Shown: positions 49,069 to 62,483 of the stretch, piece after piece
Layout of the letters: each line of letters starts with the position of its first letter
Numbering within the stretch: the first letter of the stretch is position 1
NCBI RefSeq assembly: GCF_964355755.1
Contig: NC_092678.1
Coordinates: 20,849,365 to 20,913,364, forward strand
Source: Antedon mediterranea
Lineage: Eukaryota > Animalia > Echinodermata
Direction: 5' to 3'
Length of the DNA stretch: 64,000 bases
Notes under the pieces: generated by a model
Databases searched by the model: none
Told to the model about the DNA's origin: nothing
Seen by the model: the letters and a program-made list of their open reading frames with translations, nothing else
Program-made: the position numbers and the translations under genes

Positions 49069-50500
49069 CATAATGATGAGTACTTTAAGATCGGTCCGTA
49101 TAATAAGAATAATTTGCATAATGATGAGTACCTTAAGATTGGTCCGTATAATAAGAATAATTAGCATAATGATGAGTACCTTAAGATTTGTCCGTATAAT
49201 AAGAATAATTAGCATAATGATGAGTACCTTAAGATTTGTCCGTATAATAAGAATAATTAGCATAATGATGAGTACTTTAAGATCGGTCCGTATAATAAGA
49301 ATAATTTGCATAATGACGGGTACCTTAAGATTGGTCCGTATAATAAGAATAATTAGCATAATGATGAGTACCTTAAGATTTGTCCGTATAATAAGAATAA
49401 TTAGCATAATGATGAGTACCTTAAGATTTGTCCGTATAATAAGAATAATTAGCATAATGATGAGTACCTTAAGCTTTGTCCGTATAATAAGAATAATTAG
49501 CATAATGATGAGTACATTAAGATTGGTCCGTATAATAATAATAATTAGCATAATGATGAGTACCTTAAGATTGCTCCGTATAATAAGAATAATTAGCATA
49601 ATGATGAGTACCTTAAGATTGCTCCGTATAATGAGAATAATTAGCATAATGATGAGTACCTTAAGATTGCTCCGTATAATGAGAATAATTAGCATAATGA
49701 TGAGTACCTTAAGATGGGTCCGTATAGTAAGAGTAATTAGCATAATGATGAGTACATTAAGATTGGTCCGTATAATAATAATAATTAGCATAATGATTTT
49801 ATTTATTTATTTTATGTCTTTAGGCAATGATGAGTACCTTAAGATTGCTCCGTATAATAAGAATAATTAGCATAATGATGAGTACCTTAAGATTGCTCCG
49901 TATAATGAGAATAATTAGCATAATGATGAGTACCTTAAGATTTGTCCGTATAATAAGAATAATTAGCATAATGATGAGTACCTTAAGATTTGTCCGTATA
50001 ATAAGAATAATTAGCATAATGATGAGTACCTTAAGCTTTGTCCGTATAATAAGAATAATTAGCATAATGATGAGTACATTAAGATTGGTCCGTATAATAA
50101 TAATAATTAGCATAATGATGAGTACCTTAAGATTGCTCCGTATAATAAGAATAATTAGCATAATGATGAGTACCTTAAGATTGCTCCGTATAATGAGAAT
50201 AATTAGCATAATGATGAGTACCTTAAGATTGCTCCGTATAATGAGAATAATTAGCATAATGATGAGTACCTTAAGATGGGTCTGTATAGTAAGAATAATT
50301 AGCATAATGATGAGTACATTAAGATTGGTCCGTATAATAATAATAATTAGCATAATGATGAGTAAGTATTTAAGATTAGTCCGTATAATAAGAATAATTA
50401 GCATAATTACGGGTACCTTAAGATTGGCCCTTATAATAAGAATAATTAGCATGATGATGAGTACCTTAAGATTGGTCCGTATAAGAATAATTTGCATAAT
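49021..50500 (+). repeat. 48-bp minisatellite (~30 units) derived from the last codons and stop codon of the kinase-GEF gene
   Basis: Unit aatgatgagtaccttaagattggtccgtataataagaataattagcat; the first unit is the coding DDGGYVKVAPYNKNN*. Confidence 0.95.
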
Positions 50501-50900
50501 TGAAAATAATTTTCAATTAAATTATTTAGCATTATTGTAATTTAGAACTGCAACAACAACAAAACCAATATTATTACTAATACACGGCGTTATTAGACAC
50601 TGAATTTTGCAATTGTTAGTCCGTAAATCAACTAGTTTGTTTCGATTTTGTTTAGGATTTGTATTATACATAAAAACAATTTATAAAAAAACAGTTTATG
50701 CGCACTCTCTTTACATTCTCCTTTTTTGTCAGCAAACTATTAATAACTGTATATATCAATATAGAATAAGTTGTAGATCTACTGCCCTATATACCTCAGA
50801 CAAAAATGAAGAGACCGGTCCTTCCTTAAATATATCATTAGCGCTTTCCTGAAATCTTGAATCCATCTCCTGAGGGCGACTGATTAGCATTTTCTTTTTT

Positions 50901-51360
50901 AAATTAGAAATATCGGAATATTTGTGTTTATCCAAAATATCGGAGGGAAATTGCATTTTATCGGGAGATCGGGAAGTGACTAAAAAGAGACTCCCGCCAT
51001 TATAGGGAGAATTGGGGTTTTTTTGCCAAATACATTTGTTTCTGACCGCAATACGTCACTGGTCTTTTGTTTGTTACATTCCATGCATTTTATTTATGGT
51101 ATTCTTTGTCGTGTCGTGCCATTGAATGGTAATGTTGTTTAGTCTATATACATACATTCATAACGTTTGGGTTTTTTTTATAGAGAGTTTAATGCTGTTA
51201 ATACTGTAGATTGGTTCTAGTTATTATAGTTTTTTTTTTTATTCTTTCTATTTCTCCTTCAATTGTGGTTGTGGTCTTCATCGAGTTTGTGTATCCCCAT
51301 AAGAGTTATTCGAATTTTGCATCTACAGCTGTTCCTTAAATAGAACAAGCAAAGGTACTG
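50901..51360 (+). repeat. Duplicated flank of the 24-bp satellite (copy 1)
   Basis: Near-identical to 62016-62477 (aaattagaaatatcgg...gaacaagcaaaggtactg). Confidence 0.9.
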
Positions 51361-54300
51361 TATACTTAATATGTACACAGTATGTATACCTAATATGTAC
51401 ACAGTATGTATACTTAATATGTACACAGTATGTATACCTTAATATGTACACAGTATGTATACCTAATATGTACACAGTATGTATACCTAATATGTACACA
51501 GTATGTATACCTAATATGTACACAGTATGTATACCTAATATGTACACAGTATGTATACTTAATATGTACACAGTATGTATACCTAATATGTACACAGTAT
51601 GTATACCTAATATGTACACAGTATGTATACTTAATATGTACACAGTATGTATACCTAATATGTACACAGTATGTATACCTAATATTTTCACAGTATGTAT
51701 ACCTAATATGTACACAGTATGTATACTTAATATGTACAAAGTATGTATACCTAATATGTACACAGTATGTATACTTAATATGTACACAGTATGTATACCT
51801 AATATGTACACAGTATGTATACTTAATATGTACACAGTATGTATACTTAATATGTACACAGTATGTATACTTAATATGTACACAGTATGTATACTTAATA
51901 TGTACACAGTATGTATACTTAATATGTACACAGTATGTATACTTAATATGTACACAGTATGTATACTTAATATGTACACAGTATGTATACCTTAATATGT
52001 ACACAGTATGTATACCTAATATGTACACAGTATGTATACTTAATATGTACACAGTATGTATACTTAATATGTACACAGTATGTATACTTAATATGTACAC
52101 AGTATGTATACTTAATATGTACAAAGTATGTATACCTAATATGTACACAGTATGTATACATAATATATACACAGTATGTATACTTAATATGTACACAGTA
52201 TATATATTTAATATGTACACAGTATGTATACTTAATATGTACACAGTATGTATACTTAATATGTACACAGTATGTATACTTAATATGTACACAGTATGTA
52301 TACCTAATATGTACACAGTATGTATACATAATATATACACAGTATGTATACTTAATATGTACACAGTATATATATTTAATATGTACACAGTATGTATACT
52401 TAATATGTACACAGTATGTATACCTAATATGTACACAGTATGTATACTTAATATGTACACAGTATGTATACTTAATATGTACACAGTATGTATACCTTAA
52501 TATGTACAAAGTATGTATACCTAATATGTACACAGTATCTATACATAATATATACACAGTATGTATACTTAATATGTACACAGTATATATATTTAATATG
52601 TACACAGTATGTATACTTAATATGTACACAGTATGTATACTTAATATGTACACAGTATGTATACTTAATATGTACACAGTATGTATACCTAATATGTACA
52701 CAGTATGTATACATAATATATACACAGTATGTATACTTAATATGTACACAGTATATATATTTAATATGTACACAGTATGTATACTTAATATGTACACAGT
52801 ATGTATACTTAATATGTACACAGTATGTATACCTTAATATGTACACAGTATGTAGGCCCTATACCTAATATGTACACAGTATGTATACCTAATATGTACA
52901 CAGTATGTATACTTAATATGTACACAGTATGTATACCTAATATGTACACAGTATGTATACTTAATATGTACACAGTATGTATACCTTAATATGTACACAG
53001 TATGTATACCTTAATATGTACACAGTATGTATACCTAATATGTACACAGTATGTATACTTAATATGTACACAGTATGTATACTTAATATGTACAAAGTAT
53101 GTATACCTAATATGTACACAGTATGTATACTTAATATGTACACAGTATGTATACTTAATATGTACACAGTATGTATACTTAATATGTACACAGTATGTAT
53201 ACCTTAATATGTACAAAGTATGTATACCTAATATGTACACAGTATCTATACATAATATATACACAGTATGTATACTTAATATGTACACAGTATATATATT
53301 TAATATGTACACAGTATGTATACTTAATATGTACACAGTATGTATACTTAATATGTACACAGTATGTATACTTAATATGTACACAGTATGTATACCTAAT
53401 ATGTACACAGTATGTATACATAATATATACACAGTATGTATACTTAATATGTACACAGTATATATATTTAATATGTACACAGTATGTATACTTAATATGT
53501 ACACAGTATGTATACTTAATATGTACACAGTATGTATACTTAATATGTACACAGTATGTATACTTAATATGTACACAGTATGTATACCTTAATATGTACA
53601 CAGTATGTATACTTAATATGTACACAGTATGTATACCTTAATATGTACACAGTATGTATACTTAATATGTACACAGTATGTATACTTAATATGTACACAG
53701 TATGTATACCTTAATATGTACACAGTATGTAGGCCCTATACCTAATATGTACACAGTATGTATACCTAATATGTACACAGTATGTATACTTAATATGTAC
53801 ACAGTATGTATACCTAATATGTACACAGTATGTATACTTAATATGTACACAGTATGTATACCTTAATATGTACACAGTATGTATACTTAATATGTACACA
53901 GTATGTATACCTAATATGTACACAGTATGTATACCTAATATGTACACAGTATGTATACTTAATATGCACACAGTATGTATACTTAATATGTACACAGTAT
54001 GTATACTTAATATGTACACAGTATGTATACTTAATATGTACACAGTATGTATACCTTAATATGTACACAGTATGTATACTTAATATGTACACAGTATGTA
54101 TACCTAATATGTACACAGTATGTATACTTAATATGCACACAGTATGTATACTTAATATGTACACAGTATGTATACTTAATATGTACACAGTATGTATACT
54201 TAATATGTACACAGTATGTATACTTAATATATACACAGTATGTATACTTAATATGTACACAGTATGTATACTTAATATGTACACAGTATGTATACTTAAT

Positions 54301-56988
54301 ATGTACACAGTATGTATACTTAATATGTACACAGTATGTATACCTTAATATGTACACAGTATGTATACCTAATATGTACACAGTATGTATACTTAATATG
54401 CACACAGTATGTATACTTAATATGCACACAGTATGTATACTTAATATGTACACAGTATGTATACCTAATATGTACACAGTATGTATACTTAATATGCACA
54501 CAGTATGTATACTTAATATGTACACAGTATGTATACTTAATATGTACACAGTATGTATACTTAATATGTACACAGTATGTATACTTAATATATACACAGT
54601 ATGTATACTTAATATGTACACAGTATGTATACTTAATATGTACACAGTATGTATACTTAATATGTACACAGTATGTATACTTAATATGTACACAGTATGT
54701 ATACTTAATATGTACACAGTATGTATACTTAATATGTACACAGTATGTATACCTTAATATGTACACAGTATGTATACCTAATATGTACACAGTATGTATA
54801 CTTAATATGCACACAGTATGTATACTTAATATGCACACAGTATGTATACTTAATATGTACACAGTATGTATACCTAATATGTACACAGTATGTATACTTA
54901 ATATGCACACAGTATGTATACTTAATATGTACACAGTATGTATACTTAATATGTACACAGTATGTATACTTAATATGTACACAGTATGTATACCTTAATA
55001 TGTACAAAGTATGTATACCTAATATGTACACAGTATCTATACATAATATATACACAGTATGTATACTTAATATGTACACAGTATATATATTTAATATGTA
55101 CACAGTATGTATACTTAATATGTACACAGTATGTATACTTAATATGTACACAGTATGTATACTTAATATGTACACAGTATGTATACCTAATATGTACACA
55201 GTATGTATACATAATATATACACAGTATGTATACTTAATATGTACACAGTATATATATTTAATATGTACACAGTATGTATACTTAATATGTACACAGTAT
55301 GTATACTTAATATGTACACAGTATGTATACTTAATATGTACACAGTATGTATACTTAATATGTACACAGTATGTATACCTTAATATGTACACAGTATGTA
55401 TACTTAATATGTACACAGTATGTATACCTTAATATGTACACAGTATGTATACTTAATATGTACACAGTATGTATACTTAATATGTACACAGTATGTATAC
55501 CTTAATATGTACACAGTATGTAGGCCCTATACCTAATATGTACACAGTATGTATACCTAATATGTACACAGTATGTATACTTAATATGTACACAGTATGT
55601 ATACCTAATATGTACACAGTATGTATACTTAATATGTACACAGTATGTATACCTTAATATGTACACAGTATGTATACTTAATATGTACACAGTATGTATA
55701 CCTAATATGTACACAGTATGTATACCTAATATGTACACAGTATGTATACTTAATATGCACACAGTATGTATACTTAATATGTACACAGTATGTATACTTA
55801 ATATGTACACAGTATGTATACTTAATATGTACACAGTATGTATACCTTAATATGTACACAGTATGTATACTTAATATGTACACAGTATGTATACCTAATA
55901 TGTACACAGTATGTATACTTAATATGCACACAGTATGTATACTTAATATGTACACAGTATGTATACTTAATATGTACACAGTATGTATACTTAATATGTA
56001 CACAGTATGTATACTTAATATATACACAGTATGTATACTTAATATGTACACAGTATGTATACTTAATATGTACACAGTATGTATACTTAATATGTACACA
56101 GTATGTATACTTAATATGTACACAGTATGTATACCTTAATATGTACACAGTATGTATACCTAATATGTACACAGTATGTATACTTAATATGCACACAGTA
56201 TGTATACTTAATATGCACACAGTATGTATACTTAATATGTACACAGTATGTATACCTAATATGTACACAGTATGTATACTTAATATGCACACAGTATGTA
56301 TACTTAATATGTACACAGTATGTATACTTAATATGTACACAGTATGTATACTTAATATGTACACAGTATGTATACTTAATATATACACAGTATGTATACT
56401 TAATATGTACACAGTATGTATACTTAATATGTACACAGTATGTATACTTAATATGTACACAGTATGTATACTTAATATGTACACAGTATGTATACTTAAT
56501 ATGTACACAGTATGTATACTTAATATGTACACAGTATGTATACCTTAATATGTACACAGTATGTATACCTAATATGTACACAGTATGTATACTTAATATG
56601 CACACAGTATGTATACTTAATATGCACACAGTATGTATACTTAATATGTACACAGTATGTATACCTAATATGTACACAGTATGTATACTTAATATGCACA
56701 CAGTATGTATACTTAATATGTACACAGTATGTATACTTAATATGTACACAGTATGTATACTTAATATGTACACAGTATGTATACTTAATATATACACAGT
56801 ATGTATACTTAATATGTACACAGTATGTATACTTAATATGTACACAGTATGTATACTTAATATGTACACAGTATGTATACTTAATATGTACACAGTATGT
56901 ATACCTTAATATGTACACAGTATGTATACCTAATATGTACACAGTATGTATACTTAATATGCACACAGTATGTATACTTAATATGTAT
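51359..56988. repeat. 24-bp satellite array (~5.6 kb) with higher-order repeat structure
   Basis: Unit taatatgtacacagtatgtatac(t/c); identical ORF-track translations recur at a 1791-bp offset (53179/54970, 53711/55502, 53838/55629, 54031/55822). Confidence 0.97.
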
Positions 56989-57780
56989 ATATTAAAACGG
57001 AAAAACACTCTTGTATGGAGAGGTTCGATCCATACAAAATGTTTACAAAATAGTCAAAAGTTATTGTTACATTGTATAGATAGTCAAGTTAAGATTCACA
57101 GTTACAATAACATAACTTGGAAGCAATACATTTGAATAGGCGTGAGACCAAAATAACGTGAGAATGGAATACATCACAAAATACTAGTGTCATATTTTGC
57201 ATATTACTTCGCGGTCGGAAACACATGATTTAACATTCTATTCAAAGAAAATAAGCCGTATATAATTAAGAGAAGAGAGTTCGCCAGTAACCTCCGTAAA
57301 TCTCAGACTAGGTCACGAGATATATAACATGCTGTGTCATTTCACCACCGACTTTTTGAATTACGATTACAAGGAGGGGACTCTATGGTTACCGATATCA
57401 AATATATAATATAATCTATATTATAAGTGAGAGAGTTTGTACGTTTGTTTGTGTGTTTGTTTGTTCGTTATACAGATTTTTTTTACTGCACATACTTTGA
57501 ATCTTAACTTGTCTATCTATACAATGTAAAAATAAACATAATCATTTTGTATGAATCGAGAGTGTTCTTCCGTTTTAAAGGTCAGCATGGAGGATATAAA
57601 AATACTTTATTTCCTTCATGAGGAGAACAAACAATACATCTGTCGATCAGTATACGTAACGAAAGGTAATCATGCATAAATCCAGAGTCAATACACAGAA
57701 TATGAGTCTGCAGAAACTAATGTAGGAACAGTTTGATCTATCCGTGATTGTTTAATTTTTTATTTCGATCTTAATTTGAA

Positions 57781-58669
57781 ATGAGTGAGTCAAATTGGGA
57801 GTTTTTTATTCCAAAGGATGAAATTGAGTTCGGAGAGTATATTGTGCTTGGGGAAGGCTTCGCTTCGGTTGTGTATAAAGCTACACGTAAAACGGTTAAC
57901 AACAACATTGGAGTAGCCGTGAAGTTTTATCAAAGACTAGAAAGCCAGCGTGAGGAAGCCTGTATTCTTAAAGATCTTGATCACAAAAATATCATAAAAT
58001 TCTACGGTCTTTATAAACCACATGGTGGTGTGATGAGCTTACATGGCATTGTCCTGGAATTGGCATCTGAGGGAAATTTGTCAAATTTTTTAACCAGAAA
58101 TAGAGAGCAAAGTCAAACTGCGGGAATACTCTTCAGATTACCAGAATCTCAGTTTGTTCAGTGGAGTATTGACATCGCTTCTGCCCTTCAGTACTTGCAC
58201 AAGAAGAACATAATCCACAAAGACATTAAATCACCAAATGTTCTATTAAGCGATGTCAAGGAAAACGGGTTTAACGTACTTAAATTGTGTGATTTTGGAA
58301 GTTGTAAAGAACTACAAAATGCATGTACCACAGTGACTGCCATTACATCTGCAGGAGGCTTTACAAGATGTTGGGCTGCACCTGAAGTTCTCCAACATCC
58401 AAGAATTGTATCTAAAACATCGGATGTTTACTCGTTTTGTGTTGTTCTATGGGAATTATGGACTTGCCAGGAACCGTGGAAAGGCTTTGGAGAGGTTGAA
58501 ATGATAATGAATGTAATTAACGGTACTTTTCTTGAGATTCCAAACGACTTTCCGGAGGTATTGCGTCCAATGATAAAACAGTGTTGGAGCAGCGCAGGGG
58601 TACAAAGGTGCGAAATTGACGAAGTGCTAGAATATCTGGAGAAGTTCAGAAGGTTTTTGATAGATAACG
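57781..58669 (+). CDS. Second TKL-type non-RD kinase exon, paralogous to 33749-34616
   Basis: Motifs GEGFASVVY, VAVK, HKDIKSPN, DFG, WAAPE, SDVYSFCVVLWELWTCQEPW. It shares RLPESQFVQWS and ends at the same DN-G|GTAA donor. The unspliced ORF stops at 58698. Confidence 0.85.
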
Positions 58670-61564
58670 GTAAAAGTTTTTATTCTACAGTCATTTAGCT
58701 GGGGTATACTGTAATGTAATAAGCCAGTGTTTTTCCAAAAACATCTGAGTAAATAAGTTCTTTACAAAAAAACGTAAAAGTAACAAAAAATTCAACAACA
58801 TAATGAAGATAAACAAATAAAATTACAGTATGTATTCAATGTGTTGTATTAGACTAGAACAACTTGCAACAGATTTTTTCTGGTTTATTTAGTCCAAAGG
58901 AATGTCATTTCCAAAGTTGACCAAAATCGGACATCAGGAAGTGGGCTAATTAGCATAAAATCAAGATGGCCGCTATTCACTGTACCATTTTGAAGCTCCT
59001 TATCGGTTGGTTTTAGACCAACTAAGTGCAGTAGAAATAAATGTGATTTTAAAATGATACAATTAGCATATTTAAAGAACTATATGACATACCTACAGGG
59101 GCGGATTTAGGGGCCGCCCCGCCCCTTTTGCAAACTATAAAAAAAAAATTTTGTTGACACGTGACACGTTTACGTATTCACGCACAGCAGTTTTTATAAA
59201 TAAAGAATGATTAATTTCAAAGTGTTTCTATCATTCCATCGGATCGAATATTTGTTATTGCCATTAGGTCTACATCTACATTGTTTAACCGCGGCCGACG
59301 TTGTCTTCCTACGCCATTAAATATTTCATGAGTTGAAAAACTTCACTGCTCTGCATAACAAGAGACGAGTTAGGCCTAAATAGAGCAGTCAACTCATCAT
59401 CCAATCACCATCCAACATTCACTATTTTGTATAATAAATAATTTCATAGGCCAATTTTAAATTATTGATCATTATTATTAAAACAGGATATATAACAACA
59501 AATATTTCTTACAAAAAACGCCACTCGCTTCTTAACTTAACAGTTTTAAAGATATATTATCTCCCTAAACATATTTTTTTCAAATTTGCTTTGGAATGTG
59601 TCATTATAATGTCACATAATAGCTTTTCACTTTAACCAAAAAATGGATTGAAAAAAAATATTATTTACCTGAAAAAAATGTAATTTAAAGCAAAAAAATA
59701 TTTAAATTGTCTTTCAGACAATGGTTTTTGGTAAAATTAAACGTTTCTTTACTCTTTTTATAAATTAAATAATGTTTTTTTTTTACAGAAGTAAATAACT
59801 TTATTAAAACTGCAAAATTACCTACTTAAAGTCTGATTTTATTAATCTTCAATTTCATGTTTTTAGGGGACGATACATCTTAAATTATTGATCTTTCTTC
59901 AGAAATAATGATTTGTTATCAATTATTTTGTTTAAAAATCAGTAGTAAACATTTTGTGTAACGTAAATATATAGTCTGGCCCACTTTACAGAACAAAAAT
60001 ATAAGCATAAACTAAACTATAGTACTGTAGCCTACTTTGAGTAGATAGTAGTTCACTTAAACACACAAAAATAGAAAAAAAGTATCCTACTTTGAATTTA
60101 TTTAATTCAAATCACTTTAAAAAGAATTTACAGATTACCGTCTACATGCATCTCAATAATACTGTATTATCCGCAAAAGTTTTCATAGACTCTCTTCTCC
60201 CAGACGTGCTTTAGGGCTTGTAATTTGAGAATGACCCGTCCGAGTTTACAAAATTACAAAACTGTCAGCCTCTAGAACTATAGCTTCCGCTTGATATAGC
60301 TTCTGAATGAGTAGTCCTCTGGGAATATAGCTGGCTAAAGCCGCGGCGCAAAAACAACAAAAAGCATAACAAAGTAAGTTCGTAGAAAAGGGGTAGTAAA
60401 TTCATTTAATTTAATTTATTTCCCTTTAAAGTTTTACAAAGTAAAGGAGCCTAAAAGAAAGCAAAGCTTGTAATGAATAGGCTCCTCAAAACAAAAACAA
60501 AAACATATAAGAGTACAGTAGGCCTATGTGTTCCCTCGCTAAGTAAACTTATTTCTTACTTTGTTAGCAGTTGGCTGTAAATTAATGTTGCAGACAGTAT
60601 TTTGACTCATAACAGGGGCGGACCCAGGAGTGTTGCCCTAGTGACCCGGGCAACACCCTTAATTTCATACTAAATGTTGATTCTGCCACTAAATTAAAAT
60701 TGAGTCCCATTTCATCAAGACCCGGAACTTGATAGGCCTAGTCATAGAGTTGCAGGGCATTTTATCATTGTTGAATGTTTTGACGTTAGCTTAATTGTTA
60801 AAATTGATAAAAGAAGTAATGCTAGCGCCAACGAAATTAACGACCTTCACAACCAAAATATTTCTATGTAACAAAATTTATTGTAAATGGAACGCTACAA
60901 AAATAATCCTCCGCTTCATCACTACATGAATACCTAATAACCAGACAAGAACGTATCTTTGTTACGTTTTACTATCAATCCATTTTCATATCACGCAATC
61001 CATTTTTCAACAATATAGTAGTATAATAATATTTTGATTGAATAGTGAGAGATTAGTTACAGTGTTGACTTTGAATAAACCATTGGTAATTTACTGAAAA
61101 TCCAATATGAACTTGTGTTATAATACAAACAAAATTATTCAATCAAAGAAACGCTAAAACATGACAATAGATGTCGGTCGATAAACTTCTGACGACGACT
61201 AAAACAACGACAATCAGCTAAATAAATGTATTCGTGATTTTATTTCATCTCTGGCTTTTTACATTATCATGACACATTACCGGACTCTCCCCTCCTCTCG
61301 CAATGATCGGCAGTAGATATCGTCCCTATCTAGGCTTGTGTATGTAGCCTACAACGTCATTCACAAATTACTCACGCATAGCAGTTTTACTAGCGCCATC
61401 ACAGATTACCTCTAATGAATTCAAAAATTCATCGACAAACGAAATATAGCCTATATTCATTCCTTTTAAATATTAGGCATATAGCCAAAGCTAATAATCG
61501 ATTTGTCCATAATTATTGCGTTTTGCCAGCTTTATACTATGACGTTAACCAAATTCCTTCACTT

Positions 61565-61601
61565 GCACTGATGAAGGGCTAGTGTTGCCCGAAGGCTCTG
61601 C
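61565..61601 (+). ncRNA. Minimal type I hammerhead-ribozyme-like motif (one core substitution)
   Basis: GCA-CTGATGA-A-GGGC(TAGTGTT)GCCC-GAAG-GC-TC-TGC. Confidence 0.55.
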
Positions 61602-62015
61602 TAACTTTTCTGTTTAGCTTTTCGCTTTTATTTTGTATCTCCATTGAGATCCAGCCACTGATACCCACCACAGCATTGTCATTATTTTCAGTAATTTGCC
61701 TTTGGATTTATATATATATTATATGTTATATAAATTAAATTATATATAATACAACAATTTCTTGTTAATTCTGGAAGATTTGACTGATGTTTCTGTTAGT
61801 TGTTTTAAAATGTTGTTTTTGTTAATCTGAGGCGCCTTGAAGCTAAGGTGGTTCCGTCTTGTAAGGCGCCTCTGTGTAATATACTGCCAATGACTGAAAA
61901 TATAATAACAAATCATTTCAAATTTCAAACAATGGATGGGGTTTTTTTTTATAAACATCGATATTAGCATTTTCCATTTTCTTTTTTCCCTCTTTAGCCT
62001 ATATAGGTATAGTAT

Positions 62016-62477
62016 AAATTAGAAATATCGGGATATTTGTATTTATTCAAAATATCGGAGGGAAATTGCATTTTATCGGGAGACGGGAAGTGACTAAAAA
62101 GAGACTCCCGCCATTATAGGGAGAGTTGGGGGTTTTTTTTGCCAAATACATTATTTTGTTTCCGACCGCAATACGTCACTGGTCTTTTGTTTGTTACATT
62201 CCATGCATTTTATTTATGGTATTCTTTTTCGTGTCATGCCATTGAATGTTAATGTTGTTTAGTCTGTATACATGCAGTTATAACTTTTGTTTTTTTTATA
62301 GAGCGTTTAATGCTCTTAATACTGTAGATTGGTTCTAGTTATTATAGTTTTTTTTTTATTCTTTCTATTTCTCCTTCAATTGTGGTTGTGGTCTTCATCG
62401 AGTTTGTGTATCCCCATAAGAGTTATTCGAATTTTGCATCTACAGCTGTTCCTTAAATAGAACAAGCAAAGGTACTG
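62016..62477 (+). repeat. Duplicated flank of the 24-bp satellite (copy 2)
   Basis: Near-identical to 50901-51360. Confidence 0.9.
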
Positions 62478-62483
62478 TAGGCC

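Noticed and set aside
48973-50540. Hydrophobic/basic repeat ORFs (MMSTLRLVRIIRIISI and the reverse-strand equivalents)
   Set aside because: Off-frame translations of the 48-bp minisatellite
49021-56988. CRISPR-like array
   Set aside because: The repeats are contiguous with no unique spacers, there are no cas genes, and the context is eukaryotic
51323-57135. Many long ORFs (YILSIHTV, YTVCILNM, ICTQYVYL repeats)
   Set aside because: Artefacts of a 24-bp satellite that lacks stops in several frames on both strands; no splice or domain evidence
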